Shown here piece by piece: positions 1-13,067 of a stretch of DNA of 64,000 nucleotides (the first letter of the stretch is position 1; each line of letters begins with the position of its first letter). The position numbers were made by a program, and so were the translations under genes. The notes under the pieces were generated by a model. It did no database searches, was not told the origin of the DNA, and saw nothing but the letters and a program-made list of their open reading frames with translations. This stretch comes from Hypanus sabinus (taxonomy: Eukaryota). The stretch is taken from the NCBI RefSeq assembly GCF_030144855.1, contig NC_082719.1:81530001-81594000 (forward strand), written 5' to 3'.

Positions 1-152
1 TCTGATGGATAGGGGAATCAAGGGATATGGGGACAAGGCAGGGACTGGGTATTGATAGTGAATGATCAGCCATGATCTCAGAATGGCGGTGCAGACTTGA
101 GGGGCCGAATGGTCTACTTCTGCACCTATTGTCTATTGTCTATTGTATTGTC
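1..152 (+). mobile_element. CR1-family LINE 3' end
   Basis: End of ORF2 (GIKGYGDKAG) and (TATTGTC)n tail; same tail family as 55454-56677. Confidence 0.8.
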
Positions 153-351
153 TTTTCTATACTCAATTATTACTGAACCTGTGGTAACAACTGTATGTTA
201 CTCAATGCATTGTTGAAAGGTTGTGTTTTAGGAATGCTTTCTTTCACATAAGGCATTTAGGTTTTAATTAGAGGTAATTATTTCAGTTTCTTGGAGATTA
301 TGAGACTCAGAGTTATACGGCATGGAAATATGTAGTCCACATCACGTCTCA

Positions 352-985
352 TTTGCCTGCAGAATCTTAGCAAGTCAGGCAGCATCTATTGAAGGGAATA
401 ATCGGTCAACCATTCCTATTTACCCATTTCATTTCACCTTCCCATTCCCATTCTGACACATCTGTCCATGGCCTCCTCTTCTGCCACAAAGAAGTCACCT
501 CATATTCTGTCTAGGTAGCTTCCAAGCTGATGGCGTGAACATCAATTTCTCTAACGTCCAACAATTTCTCTCACTCTTCCCCCCTCCCCTCTCTCCACTC
601 CCCCTTCCCTTTCCATTCCCCATTCTAGTTCCCTTCTCCCTCCTTTTTCAATGGTCTATTGTCCTCTCCTGTCAGATTCCATCTTCAGCTCCTTTCTTCT
701 TCCAACAAACCTCTCCAGCTTCTTACTTCATACCCCTCCTTTATCCACCCACCTTCCTCTTCACCTAATTTCACCTATCACCTGCCAGCTTTTACCCCCC
801 CCCCCCCACTCCTCTTCCAACACCTTATTCTGTCTTCTGCCCCCTTTCTTTCCATGATGAGGGTCTCAGCCCGAAACTACGACTGTTTATTCCTCTCTGT
901 AGATGCAGCCTCATATGCTGATTTGCACCAGCATTTTTTGTATGTTGTTTGAGATATCCAGCATCTACAGAATCTCGTGTGTTTC
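352..985 (+). mobile_element. Penelope-like element 3' remnant with an inverted terminal segment at its 5' end
   Basis: End of GIY-YIG ORF (HSDTSVHGLLFCH..LIFCLGSFQADGVNINFS), C/T-rich UTR, hammerhead-like tail; inverted tail copy at about 352-410. Confidence 0.75.
851..885 (+). ncRNA. Degenerate minimal hammerhead ribozyme motif (Penelope tail)
   Basis: aTGATGA-GGG-tctcag-CCC-GAAAC-tac-GACTG; C3 and cleavage triplet mutated. Confidence 0.55.
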
Positions 986-1606
986 ATTTGTCTGGGTTTT
1001 AGAGCTTTACAATGCATGTAATTGTTAAATGTGTTTTTAACATTTGTAATTGCCTATACAATTTCCTGTGGCAGTTCCTTCCATATACCTACCACCCAAT
1101 GTGTTGTAAAAGTTGTCTCTCAGGTGCTGCTGACAAATGCCTGCTTCTTTTTTCTGACCAAAACCTCAATATCACTTGTCAACCAGATTTTCCTAATCCT
1201 GTCAAACTTACCCTTCACTCTAACTACAATGTGTCACCCTATAACTCTCCTATCTCACTTCTTAAAATCTCCCCACCTGCAAGACAACTCTTTACCTGCA
1301 TATACTTTCTCCCAGTAAATTTTTTGCAAGTTACTTGTGTCTTCAAAATTTTAGGACTTTAACTTGTGGACCAGTCATATATTTTTACACAATTATTTTA
1401 AATTAGTGGAATTATGTTACTGATCCCAATGTGCTCCCTCACTGACACTTCAGTCACTTGCTCTGCCTGAGTTCCAAATCAGAGTCCTCAAGATGGTGCT
1501 TCTAAATAGAAGTACCATCCTGAGGATACAAAGGACATTTTTAGGACATTCAATATATTGCAGATCATTGCTGAGTGCTGAGCACGATTTCTGAGCTGAT
1601 GTATCA

Positions 1607-3835
1607 CTTAGACCATAAGACAAAGGAGCAGAACTGGGCCATTCAGCCCATCGAGTCTGTTCATGGCTGATCCTGGATCCCACTCCTGCCTTCTCACCAT
1701 ATCCTTTGATGTCCTGACTGATCTGGAAATGATCAACTTCCACCTTAAATATATGCACAGACTTGCCTCCACCACAGTCTGTGGCAGAACATTCCACGAC
1801 TCTTTGGCTAAAAAAAAAATTCCTCCTTACCTCCGCTGTAAGGGTTATCCCTCAATTTTGAGACTGTGCCCTCTAGTTCTACATACCCACACCATAGGAA
1901 ACATCCTGTCCTCGATCTTATCTAGACCTGTCAACATTCGGTAGGTTTCAATGAGATCCTGTCACATTCTTTTAAATTCCAATGAGTACAGGCCCAAAGC
2001 TGCCAAATGCTCCTCATCTGTTAACCCCTTCATTCCCAGAATCATCCTAGTGAGTTTCCTCCGGACTATCTCCAATGACGACGCATCCTTTCTGAGATAT
2101 GGGGCCCAAAACCTTTGACAATGCTCCAAGTGTGGCCTGTCTGGTGTCTTATAAAGCCTTAGCATTATCTCCTTGCTTTTATATTCTATTCCCCTTGAAA
2201 TAAATGGCAATATTGCATTTGCCTTCTTTACCACAGACTCACCCTGTAAATTAACCTCCTTGAAGTCTTGCATGAGGACTCCCAAGACCTTTTGCACCTC
2301 TGACATTTGAACCTTCTCCCCACTTGGAGAATATTCTGCACTATTGTTCCTTTTACCAAGATGCATTATCATACAATTCCCAATATTGTATTCCATCTGC
2401 CACTTCATTGCCCATTCTTTCAATTTGTCTAAGTTCTGTTGCAATCACGTTGCTTCCTCAATACTACCTACCCCTCCACTTATCTTTGTATCTTCTGTAA
2501 ACTTTGCCACAAAGCCATCAATTCCATTATCTATATCATTGACAAACAATATGAAAAGCAGCGGTCCCAATACTGAACCCTGAGGAACACCACTGGTTAC
2601 CTGCAGCCAACCAGAAAAGGCTCTTTTTATTCCCACTTGCTGCCTCCCTACTGTCAGCCATTCCACTACCCATGCCAGTACCTTTCTTGTAATGTCATAG
2701 GATTTTATCCTGTTAAGCAACCTCATGTGTGACTCCTTATCAAATGCCTTCTGAAAATCCAAGTAAATGACATCCACTGACTCTCCTTTGTCCATCCTGT
2801 TTGTTACTTCCTCAAAAAAGTTTAACAAATTTGTCAGGCAAGATTTCCCTTTACAGAAGCCATACTGACTTTGACTTACTTTATCATTAGTTTCCAAGTA
2901 CCTAAAAACCTCATCCTTAATAATAGAGTCCAACACTTTCCCAGCCACTGAGGTTAGACTAACTGGCCTATAATTTCCTTTCTTATGCCTTCTTCCCTTC
3001 TTAAGGAGTGGAATAACAATTGTAATATTCCAATTCTCCAGAACCATGCCAGAATCAAGTGATTCTTGAAAGATCATGACCAGTGCATCCATTATCTCTT
3101 CAGCAATCTCTGTCAGGGCTCTGGGATGTAGTCCATCTGGCCCAGGTGACATCCACGTTAAGACCTTTGAGCTTGCTTAGAACTTTTTCTTTTAATAACA
3201 ATGGCACTCGCTCCTGCTCCCTGACACTCACAGACCTCTGGCACACTGCTAGTGTCTTCCACAGTGAAGAGAAATGCAAAGTACCCATTAGGGTCATCTG
3301 CCATTTCTTTGTCCCCCATTACTACCTCACCAGCTTCATTTTCCAGTGGTCCAATATCAACTCTCACCTCCCTTTCACTCTTTATTTAACTGAAAAAGCT
3401 TTTGGTATCCTGCTTTATATTATTGGCTAGTCTGCTCACATATTTCATCTTTTCCCTTCTTATATCTTTTTTAGTTGCCTTTTGTTGGATTTTATAAGCT
3501 TCCTGATCATCCAGCTTCCCACTTACTTTTGCTACCTTGTATGTCCTTTCCTTGGCTTTTATGTAGTACTTAACTTCCTTTGTCAGCCATGGTTGCCTAT
3601 CTCTGCCACTTGAGAACTTCTTCCTCTGTGGGACATACCTATCCTGCAGCTTGTGTACTATTCCCAGAAACTTCAACCATCCCTGTACTGCCGTCATTCC
3701 TGCCAGTGTCCTCCTCCAGTTCACCTGGGCAAGCTCCTCTCTCATGCCTCTGTAATTCCCTTTATTCCATTGTGATATTGATACATGTGACTTGTGCTTC
3801 TTCCTCTCAAGTTGTAGTATGAATATTAGCATATT
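1607..3835 (-). mobile_element. CR1 LINE, ORF2 RT and 3' end (continues at 4887-6500)
   Basis: SPGPDGLHPR, NYRPVSLTS, YLDFQKAFD, SGVPQGSVLGP, KFTEDTK motifs; CR1 tail at about 1607. Confidence 0.92.
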
Positions 3836-4886
3836 CTCACCCTGCTCTGCTGGGTAAGAAGCTGACAGTGATGCAGGTGGATGCTTCCCTGGTGTCATGG
3901 ATTATTGATTACCTGACTGGCAGACCACAGTACGTGCGCTTGCAACACTGTGTGTCAGACAGAGTGGTCAGCAGCACTGGGGCTCCACAGGGGACTGTCC
4001 TGTCTCCCTTTCTCTTCACCATCTACACCTCGGACTTCAACTACTGCACAGAGTGTTGCCATCTTCAGAAGTTTTCTGATAACTCTGCCATAGTTGGATG
4101 CATCAGCAAGGGAGATGAGGCGGAGTACAAGGCTACGGTGGGAAACTTTGTCACATGGTGCAAGCAGAATCATCTGCAGCTTAATGTGAAAAAGACTAAG
4201 GAGCTGGTGGTGGACCTGAGGAGGGCTAAGGCACCAGTGACCCCTGTTTCCATCCAAAGGGTCAGTGTAGACATAGTAGAGGATTACAAATAACTGGGGA
4301 TACAAATGGACAATAAACTGGACTGGTCAAAGAGCACTGAGGTTATCTACAAAAAGGATCAGAGCCGTCTCTATTTCCTGAGGAGACTGAGGTCCTTTAA
4401 CATCTGCCGGACGATGCTGAGGATGTTCTACAAGGCTGTGGTGGCCAGTGCTATCATATTTGCAGTTGTGTGCTGGGGCAGCAGGCTGAGGGTAGTAGAC
4501 ACCAACAGAATCAACAAGCTCATTCGTAAGGCCAGTGATGTTGTGGGGGTGGAACTGGACTCTCTGACAGTGGTGTCTGAAAAGAGGATGCTGTCCAAGT
4601 TGCATGCCATCTTGGAAAATGACTCCCTTCCACCGAGATGTAACACTGAGCGTCATAGGAAGTCATTCCTACCTGTGGCCGTCAAACTTTACAACTCCTC
4701 CCTCAGAGTGTCAGACACCCTGAGCCAATAGGCTGGTCCTGGTCTTATTTCCACTTGGCATGATTAACTTCTTATTATTTAATTATTTATGGTTTTATAT
4801 TGCTATATTTCTTCACTATTCTTGGTTGGTGCAGCTGTAACGAAACCCAATTTCCCTCGGGATCAATGAAGTATGTCTGTCTGTCT
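3836..4886 (+). mobile_element. Rex1/Babar LINE (family B), 5'-truncated, inserted in CR1
   Basis: TGAPQGTVLSPFLF, KFSDNSAIVG; (TGTC)n tail; possible ATATT target duplication (3831-3835 / 4887-4891). Confidence 0.88.
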
Positions 4887-6500
4887 ATATTATGATCACT
4901 ACCTCTTAAGGCTTCCCTTACGTTAAGATAACCCAACACCCTATCTAAGATAGCCTTTCCCTGAGTAGGCTCAAGCACAATCTGCTCTAAAAAGCCATCT
5001 CATAGGCATTCAACGAACTCCCTCTCTTATGATCCGACACCAACCTGATTTTCCCAATCCCCTTGCATATTGAAGTCCCCCATTACAATTGTGTCATTAC
5101 CCTTCTAGCTCCCTTTGCAATCTCAACCCCATATCTTGGCACTATTTGCAGGTCTATATATGATCCCATAATTTGTTTTTTTTTACCCTTGCAAGTTCTT
5201 AACTTCACCACAAAGATTCAACATGCTCTGACCCTATATCACCTCTTTGTAAAGATGTAATTCCATTTCTTACCAACAGAGCCACACCACCACCTATGGC
5301 TTCCTGCCTGTCCTTTTGATACAAAGTATATCTTTTGATAGCCTTCTTACAGCCACGAATCAGTGATGCCCAATCTCTAATTGCACCAGGAGTTCATCCA
5401 CCTTATTCAGAATGCAACATGCATTTAAATACAGCACCTTCAGTCCTGCATTCTTTGACCTTTTGAATTTTGCCTCTGTGATACAATTTAACTCTTTACT
5501 TTATCTGCATTTGTACCCAATCATTGGCTTGTCTTTCCTTACCTTCATGTTACTCCCAGCAACTCTATTAGATCTGCCTGCAAGAATATTGGTTGCCCTC
5601 GGATGCAAGTGCAATCCATTCCTTTGTAAAAGTTCCACCTGTCACAGAAGCAGTCCCAATTATCCAGAAATCTGAATCCCACACATTTATCTGCCACCTC
5701 ATTCTGTTCCTGTCCTCACTGTTGTGTGGCACAGGCAACAATCCTAAGATTACTACCTTTGAGGTCCTGCTTCTCAGCTTCCTTCCAAACTCTTTATATT
5801 TTTTGAAGTCCTCCTCCCTTTTTCTTCCTATGTCGTCAGTACCAATATGTACCACAATTTCTGGCTGCTCACCCTCTCTTTTCAGGATATTCTGGAAGTG
5901 TCCAGAAACTTCCAGAAACAGTGCACCTGGGAGGCAGGGTTCCGTGTTTCTTTTTTGCTTCCACAGAATTGTTTATCTGACCCCTGACTACAGAGTCCCC
6001 TATTACTGCTGCCATCCTCTTCAGTTCCCTACCCTTCTGAGCCACAGGGCCAGACTCAGTGCAAGAGGCACGGCCGCTGTTCCTTCCCCCAGTAGGTCGT
6101 TCCTCTCCCCCCCTCACCCCCAACAGTACTCAAAATGGAGTAGTTATTGTTGAGGGGGATGGCCACAGGGGTGCTCTCCACTATCTGATGCTCCCCCTTC
6201 CCTCTCCTGACAGTCACTCATTTATCTGTCTCCTATAGCTTTGGGGTGACTACGTCCTTGTAACTCCTGTCTGTCACCTCTTCACTGTCCCTAACAAGCC
6301 GAAGGTTATTGATCTGAAGCTCCAGTTCCCTAACGCGGTGTCTAAGGAGCTGCATCTCGATGCACTTGGCACATATGTGGCCATTGGGTAGCCTGGGAGT
6401 CTCCTGGAAATTCTACATCTGACACCCAGAACAGAACATTGGCTCTGTAGACATACCCCCTATTCTGACAAGATTTAAATAAGGAATTAACTTACCTACC
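4887..6500 (-). mobile_element. CR1 LINE 5' part: endonuclease remnant and SGNH-esterase ORF1
   Basis: GSDHN endonuclease motif; VIGDSVVRG and VHIGTDD esterase blocks; Cys/coiled-coil remnant near 6250-6430. Confidence 0.82.
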
Positions 6501-6787
6501 TACTTTTTCTCACTGAAGCCTCCGACTACTCTGACAATAACCACTCTCATGATGACCACTCTTCTAGGCAGTTACTCTCTTTTATAGATACTGGATTTCC
6601 CGTAAAAAAAACCTTTGTCAAACCTGCACGGGAACGCTCCTGTTGCACCTGCACAGTACTCCAAACAAGGACTTATTTGCTTTACTGTCAAGAAACAAAT
6701 GTGCAAATGGGTTTCCAATATATATTCTAGCTATTATTAATTAACACATTGATGTATAAGACTTGGGCATTCATTTCTCTTTTTCAG

Positions 6788-6976
6788 AGGACTGGGATAT
6801 ATTAGATGTTGAAAGAAAGGAGCAACTTACAGGACTGGAAGATTTTGCTTCATTAGCTGGGCCACTTGGTTTAAATGATAGCAAATTGATTCCAGATCCG
6901 GTCCAATTTCCAGAACAGGATCCTCTTGGAGCTTCAGTTATGACTGATAATACAGAAGAGGCACTTCTAAAGAAAG
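6788..6976 (+). CDS. HERC1: HERC1-like exon (window exon 1): EDWDILDVERKEQLTGLEDFASLAGPLGLNDSKLIPDPVQFPEQDPLGASVMTDNTEEALLKK
   Basis: ttttcag acceptor, G|gtaata donor, phase 1-1; resembles HERC1 LAGPLGLND..PVQFP.SDPLGASV. Confidence 0.9.
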
Positions 6977-7124
6977 GTAATAGAAACTATTTTAATATAT
7001 CTAAGATACATTTGCCAGTGTCCTTGTGAAGGTCTTAGAGTACAGAAGCACAGTTGCAGCTGCTTATAAATTGCTACGGGTAGTTTAGAAACTTACAAAC
7101 TCCCTCAATGAAATGCAGTATATA

Positions 7125-9757
7125 CTTGTGGGAAGGCAGGGAGACCTGCAAGAAGTGCATCCAGCTGCAGCTTCTAACAATCTGTGATAAGGAGTTGGAA
7201 CTGGAACTGGATGAACTCAGGATCATGTGGGAAGCTAAAGCGGTAATGGATAGGACATATAGAGAGCCAATTACACCCAAGGTGCAGGACTCAGGAAACT
7301 GGATTACAGTCAGGAAGGGGAAAGGGGTTAAGGAGCCAATGCAGAGAGTCCCAGTGGCCACCCCCTCAACAACAGGTATATCACTTTGGATACTGTTTTG
7401 GGGGTGGGGGCAGTGTGAATGATCTAGAAGAGGTAAGTCACTGCAGCTGGGTCTCTGGCACTGAGTCTGCTCAGTGACTCGGAAGAAAGGGGAAGGGAGA
7501 AGAGGCACACTGTGGTGATAGGCGATTCATTATTTTGGGGAATGAAAAGGTGGTCCTTTGGACAAGAACGAGGTATGGTGCCTCCTGAGTGACAGGACCC
7601 GGGACATCTCAGATCAAGTCCTCAGCATTCTCAAATGGGAGGGTGAACAGCCAGATGTCCTGGTCCACATATGTACCAATGACATGGCTAAGACCTGTGA
7701 TGAGGTTCTGCAAAGGGAGTTGGGTGCTAAGTTATAAGGCAGGACTTCCAGGGTTTTGATCTCAGTATTGCTTCCTGGTGCCACGTGCTAGTGAGGCCAG
7801 AACTAAAAAGATTATGCAGTTTAATACATGGTTAAGGAGTTGATGTAGGGGGAAAGGTATAAGATTTTTGGATTATTGGGCTCTCTTCCAGGGAAGGTGG
7901 GACCTTTAAAGAAGAGACTATCCTAGCAGGAAGGTTTGCTAATGCTGGATGGTGAGGTTTAAACTAGAGTTGCAGAGAGATGGAATTCAGAGTGCCAGAA
8001 CAGTTAGTGAAGAGGCTGCAGGGATAGATGTTGGTAAGACCTCAGACAAAGTCAAGAATCAAAGGATTGAGCAAAGTGTGACTAGTGTCCTAAGCTGTTC
8101 ATACTTAAATGCAGGAAGTATCATAGGAAAGGCGGATGAGCTCCAAGCATGGATCAACACCTGGAATTATGACATTGCAGCCATTCGTGAGACTTGATTG
8201 AAGGAGGGGCAGGCTTGGCAGCTCTATATTCCAGGGTTCTAATGTTTTAGACATGACAGATTGGGAGGGATTAAAGGAGGAGGGGTGGCATTACTAGTCA
8301 AGGAAAATGTCATGGCAATGCTCAGTTAGGACAGACTGGAGAACTCATCTGGTGAGGTATTATAGTTGGAACTGAAAATAAGGAAGTGTACTAATGAAGG
8401 GTCTCGGCCCAAAAGGTCAACTGAATTCTATCAATGCTGTGACAGGAGATGTACCAGAGGATTGGAGAGTAGCTGTTGTTCTGCTGTTTAAAAAAGGCTC
8501 TCAACATAAACCAGGAAATTACAGGTCATGAGTCTGACGCCAACTGTGGGAAAGTTATTGAAAGGTGTTCTAAAGGGGCAGATAAATAAGTATTTGGATG
8601 CACAGGGACTGATTAGGAATAGTCAGCATGGCTTGGTGTGTGGTAGGTCATGCATAACCAATCTTAGAGTTTTTCAGGGAAGTTAGCAGGAAAGTGAATG
8701 AAGGCATGGCAGTGGATATTGTCTACATGGATTTTATTTTACATGTATTTGACAAGGTCCCACATAGGAGGTTGGTCAAGAAGATTCAGTTGCTTGGCAT
8801 TCAAGATGAGGCAGTAAATTGATTGAACGTTAGCTTTGTGGGAGAAGCCAGAGAGTTGTAATCGGTTGTTGTCTTGCTGACTCGAGACCTGTGACTAGTG
8901 GTGTGCCACAGGGATCAGTGCTGGGTCCTTTGTTGTCTGTTAATGATCAGGATGATAATGTGGTTAACTGGATAAGCAAATTTGAAGACAACATCAAGAC
9001 TGGAGGTGTAGTGTACAGCGAGGAAGGCTATCGTATTGCAAAGGGATCTGCATCAGCTGGAAAAATGGTAGATGGAATTTAATGCAGACAAGTGTGAGGT
9101 TTTGTACTTCAGTAGGACTAACCAAAGTAGATTTTGCACAGTGAATGGGAGGCCACTGAAGGGTATGGTGGAACAAAGGGATCTGGGAATACAGGTCCAT
9201 AATTCATTGAAAGTGGTGTCACAGGTAGATAGAACCATAAAGAAAGCTTTTGGTACATTGGCCTTCATAAATCAATGTATTGAGTACAGGAGGTAGGATG
9301 TTGTGTTGAAGTTGTATAAGATGTTGATGAGGCCTAATTTGGAGTATTGTGGGCAGTTTTGGTCATCTACCTGACGAAAACATGAAAATGAAGTTGAAAG
9401 AGTACAGAGAAAATTAATAAGGATGTTGCCGGTACTGGAGGACCTGAGATATAAGGAAAGATTGAATAGGTTAGAATGTAGAAAATGGAGAGGAGATTTG
9501 ATAGAGGTATACAAAGCTGTGAAGGGTATAGATAGGGTAAATGTAAGCAGGCTTTGCCCACTGAGGTCAGATAGGATTACAACCAGAGGACATGGATTAA
9601 GGGTAAAAGGTGAAAAATTTAAGGAGAACACAAGGGGAATTTCTTTACTCAGTGGGCTGTGGCAGTATGGAATAAACTGTCATCACAAATGGTGCTTATG
9701 AGCTCAATTTCAACTTTTAAGAGAAGTTTGGATAAGTACCTGAATGGTAGGGGTATG
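7125..9757 (+). mobile_element. CR1 LINE (ORF1 esterase, partial endonuclease, internal deletion, RT)
   Basis: CKKCIQLQLL..ELELELDELR, VIGDS, YLNAGSI..IRET, SGVPQGSVLGP, FNADKCEVL. Confidence 0.9.
8388..8441 (+). ncRNA. Hammerhead-like Penelope tail fragment at a CR1 deletion junction
   Basis: CTAATGA-AGGGTCTCGGCCC-AAAAGGTC-AACTG; core mutated. Confidence 0.5.
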
Positions 9758-9995
9758 TTGTGCCCAAGATAGAGCTGGCTGATTCTACAGCCCTCAGTTG
9801 CCTTTTGTGATACTGTGAATGCCAAGTATTGAAACTAGACAAAATGTTCTCTACCATACACCTATAGAAAGTTTCAAGAGTCTTTGGTAACATACCAAAT
9901 CTCCTCAAATTCCTGATGAATTAGACCCACTGGGTGCCGTCTTCATGATTCCATCAATGTGATGAGCCCAAGCTAGATCCTTCAAGATGTTGGCA
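9757..9995 (-). mobile_element. Rex1/Babar fragment
   Basis: RRFGMLPKTLETFYRCMVENILS and DLAWAHHI on minus strand. Confidence 0.7.
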
Positions 9996-10293
9996 CTGTT
10001 GGCTTTCTGCACATTTTCAGCACACTTCATCTTAATTGATCGGTTTTCTTCTAAAGTTGACAAAAGAAACAAAGAATATCGGCCTCCCACTGCTTCCTTC
10101 CCTGCCAACATCTACAAATTCATATAACCAGAAGATTAAAGAATGTGTTCCTAAGCCAAATAGCTTTCTCTAAACAGATCATGAGGGCTGCATGGAAGTA
10201 GTCCAGTAATGAATAGAAATTGAATCTGATTTCAATGTGTGCTGTAGTATTGTCACACAATGTGAAGGCATTTTAACATGTTTCCATTGTTAG

Positions 10294-10465
10294 GTGTGAA
10301 CAAGTTTGATGAGAAAGCATATTCTAGACTGACTTTGGGTGAGCAAGCTGCAACGCTTCGAGACACCAAAGAAAGAGTTCTTGCTCTCCAACGTATCACA
10401 ATGGCAATGCAAATTCTTTTGGCGCACACCATGGTTATGAAAGCTTTATCGCTTGTCTCTGTGAG
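10294..10465 (+). CDS. HERC1: HERC1-like exon 2: GVNKFDEKAYSRLTLGEQAATLRDTKERVLALQRITMAMQILLAHTMVMKALSLVSV
   Basis: ttgttag acceptor, AG|gtatgt donor, phase 1-2. Confidence 0.92.
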
Positions 10466-11460
10466 GTATGTTAGAAACTATACAGTTTCTGAGTGTTTAA
10501 TGATTACTAATGAAATCTTATTTGATTTATTTTGTAGAAGTCAATTCCATTGAATCAATATTATTGTTGCATTATAAATGTATGAATATTTTATACATTC
10601 CAATGAGATCACTCCTACGCTTCTAAGCTCTAAAGGCCCAGTCTGCTTAATTTCTTTTCATAACACACCCTCCATTCCTGAAATTGGTCAAGGCCTACGC
10701 TTCCTCTATCACAGAGCGGATCCTTCCTTGGGTAGGGATATCTTATAAATGTGAAGTTTCACAGGGACTCTATCCATATTCTTGTATTCCATTCTAATTG
10801 CAATAAAACCCATTTTATTATTTGCTGCCTTAATTGCTTACTAAACCTGCATATTAGTCTTCAGTGAATCATATACAAGGCCATCCAGGTCTTTAGATCC
10901 CAGCATTTTTAAAAAATGGTAAAAAGTAATCAACATACTGTGTAGCCTGCCATCTAGGTAAGTGGAGAGAATTCCATCGTACTCCTGATGCATCATTTGC
11001 AAATGGAGTCAGGAGATGAACTACACAACATCAAATACCTGTCTCTGACCAGTTACAGCAGTTTGTGGATGGAATAAATTGGTACAGTTAAATCTTCTGC
11101 CCATTAGTAATCTCTGCTTTTCTCAGGAAGGCTAATGCTGTGGGAATGAATACATGATAATAGCATTAATTCTTAAGGAAAGATAGACCCTCTCTTACAA
11201 AGAAGTTTGTGACACATTTATAATGGGAAGGTTCTTAAGTGTTTACAGAATACCTATAATTAATGTTATCAAGCTGCATGGTTCAGAGAAGTGGAAACTA
11301 AATGTTTTATAAGCATGGTAAAGCAAAACCAAGTTTTAAATTTACAGGGCAATATAATCAGTTCAATCCTCCACTGCTACTCAATCTCTTAGAATATATT
11401 AAAGTATATAACAGTTGTAACATTTTGGTAAAATCTCTCTTTCAAAATATGCCTTTACAG

Positions 11461-11731
11461 TGGATCTATATGCAGTCAAACAAGTGGACTGGAAGCTCTT
11501 GGATTAACTGACATCCGTATCTTGGTTCGATTGATGTGCCTTGCAGCTGGAGGCAGGGCTCAGTTGGCCAATAGTGGAACAGAACATTTATATTCAAGTG
11601 CTCCATTTAGACTTTCAAAAGGAACAACGTGGAGTACAACCTCCTGCTTAACATATATGAGTTCAGCCATTGGCTGTCTAATTGCAAACAGCCCCTCAGC
11701 ATACAGGGCATTGGTTAATGTCTGTACTCAG
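11461..11731 (+). CDS. HERC1: HERC1-like exon 3: SGSICSQTSGLEALGLTDIRILVRLMCLAAGGRA...ALVNVCTQ
   Basis: tttacag acceptor, CAG|gtaatg donor, phase 2-0. Confidence 0.92.
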
Positions 11732-13067
11732 GTAATGGGAGGAACAAAACGACCTGTAAATGATAGAACATGCTGCAAGCAATGCAGATCAGGAAACACA
11801 CAGTCTTAGTTCTTTGTACCTAGGACTGAATCTTTGATTCAGCAGTTTGCCTGTCATCTGCTAAGTGTAGCATTTTCAATTTTTAAATGTAAATACTATT
11901 TTGACTTGTTTTATTATAAAATGATCTGTTATACCGTCTAGGTAAAAATTTTTCTTCTAAATTTAATGATAGTCTTGCAATTTACAATTAGTTCGTAATT
12001 TCTAGTAATTATATTCAACTACAATATTAAATTTAAATTATTTGTGGTAATGCTATATTTATGCATGCGATCTTTAATGGCAGGTACCACAGTTCTTCTA
12101 GTACATGTTATTCAGATTTATAACCAATATTCTTTGAAATTTGGAAGCATTATTTCATTTTTCAGGATGTGATCTTTGTTGGTAGGCCATCATGTATTAT
12201 CTATCCCACACAGTCGTTGAGCACTTAGTGATAAATAATCTTTTAGATACATTGCAGTTTTCTGGTGAAGATGGGGAGTTTCAGGATTTAGACCCAGCAC
12301 CTCTGACTAGAATCTCTATTGGACCAATCACATTAATGCTGTGGCTTCAAGAACCCATCAGAGGTTGTGTATCCTGTGGAAAGTAACTAATTTCTGATTT
12401 AGTTTGGAAAGTGCTGTTGAAATAGTTTATCAAGTAACTGCATTGTGTCTGTAGTAGATCATAACATACACTGGTCATGGAACAAGTGAACATTCAGAAT
12501 AATTGGCAAGTGCTGTTCAAGCAAGCTGTAGTACTGGGATTCTGAGTAGTTGTTAGAACTACACTCTTACAGGGAAGTGGAGAGTATTCTATTACACTAA
12601 CTGATTTCCTGTAAATCATGGAAAGGCTTTATGTTGCCAAAGGTTAGTTATTTGCCACAGGATACCCAACCTCTGACCAGGTGTGTGGCCGCTGTGGTTA
12701 TCCAGCATGAATGCTGATAACAGTAGTGTTATTCAACATCAAGGCAAAGTTGGTAGATGCTGTCTTGTGTCATGTGGAGATGTTCATTGCCTGGCATTTT
12801 CATGGCATGAATGTTACTTGCCACTTAACAGCTCATTCTTAAATGTCATGCAGGCCTTGCTGCCTGTAGGCATGGAATGGTTTATTGTCTGAGGAGTTAG
12901 GAGTGTTATTGAATTTTGTGCAATCATTGCTACTGTTGACCCGTTAATGCAGCGGATGAAAATGGTTAGGCCTAAGCGATAGACATGAGGAAACGAGAGG
13001 AGAGGGCAATCAGCCCCATGAGTCTGTGCATTATCATGGTTAATCTTCTTGGCTAATCCAGTCCTAG

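Noticed and set aside
535-952. Pro/Phe/Leu-rich ORFs (also 57097-57462)
   Set aside because: Translations of the pyrimidine-rich Penelope 3' UTR; no splice or homology support.
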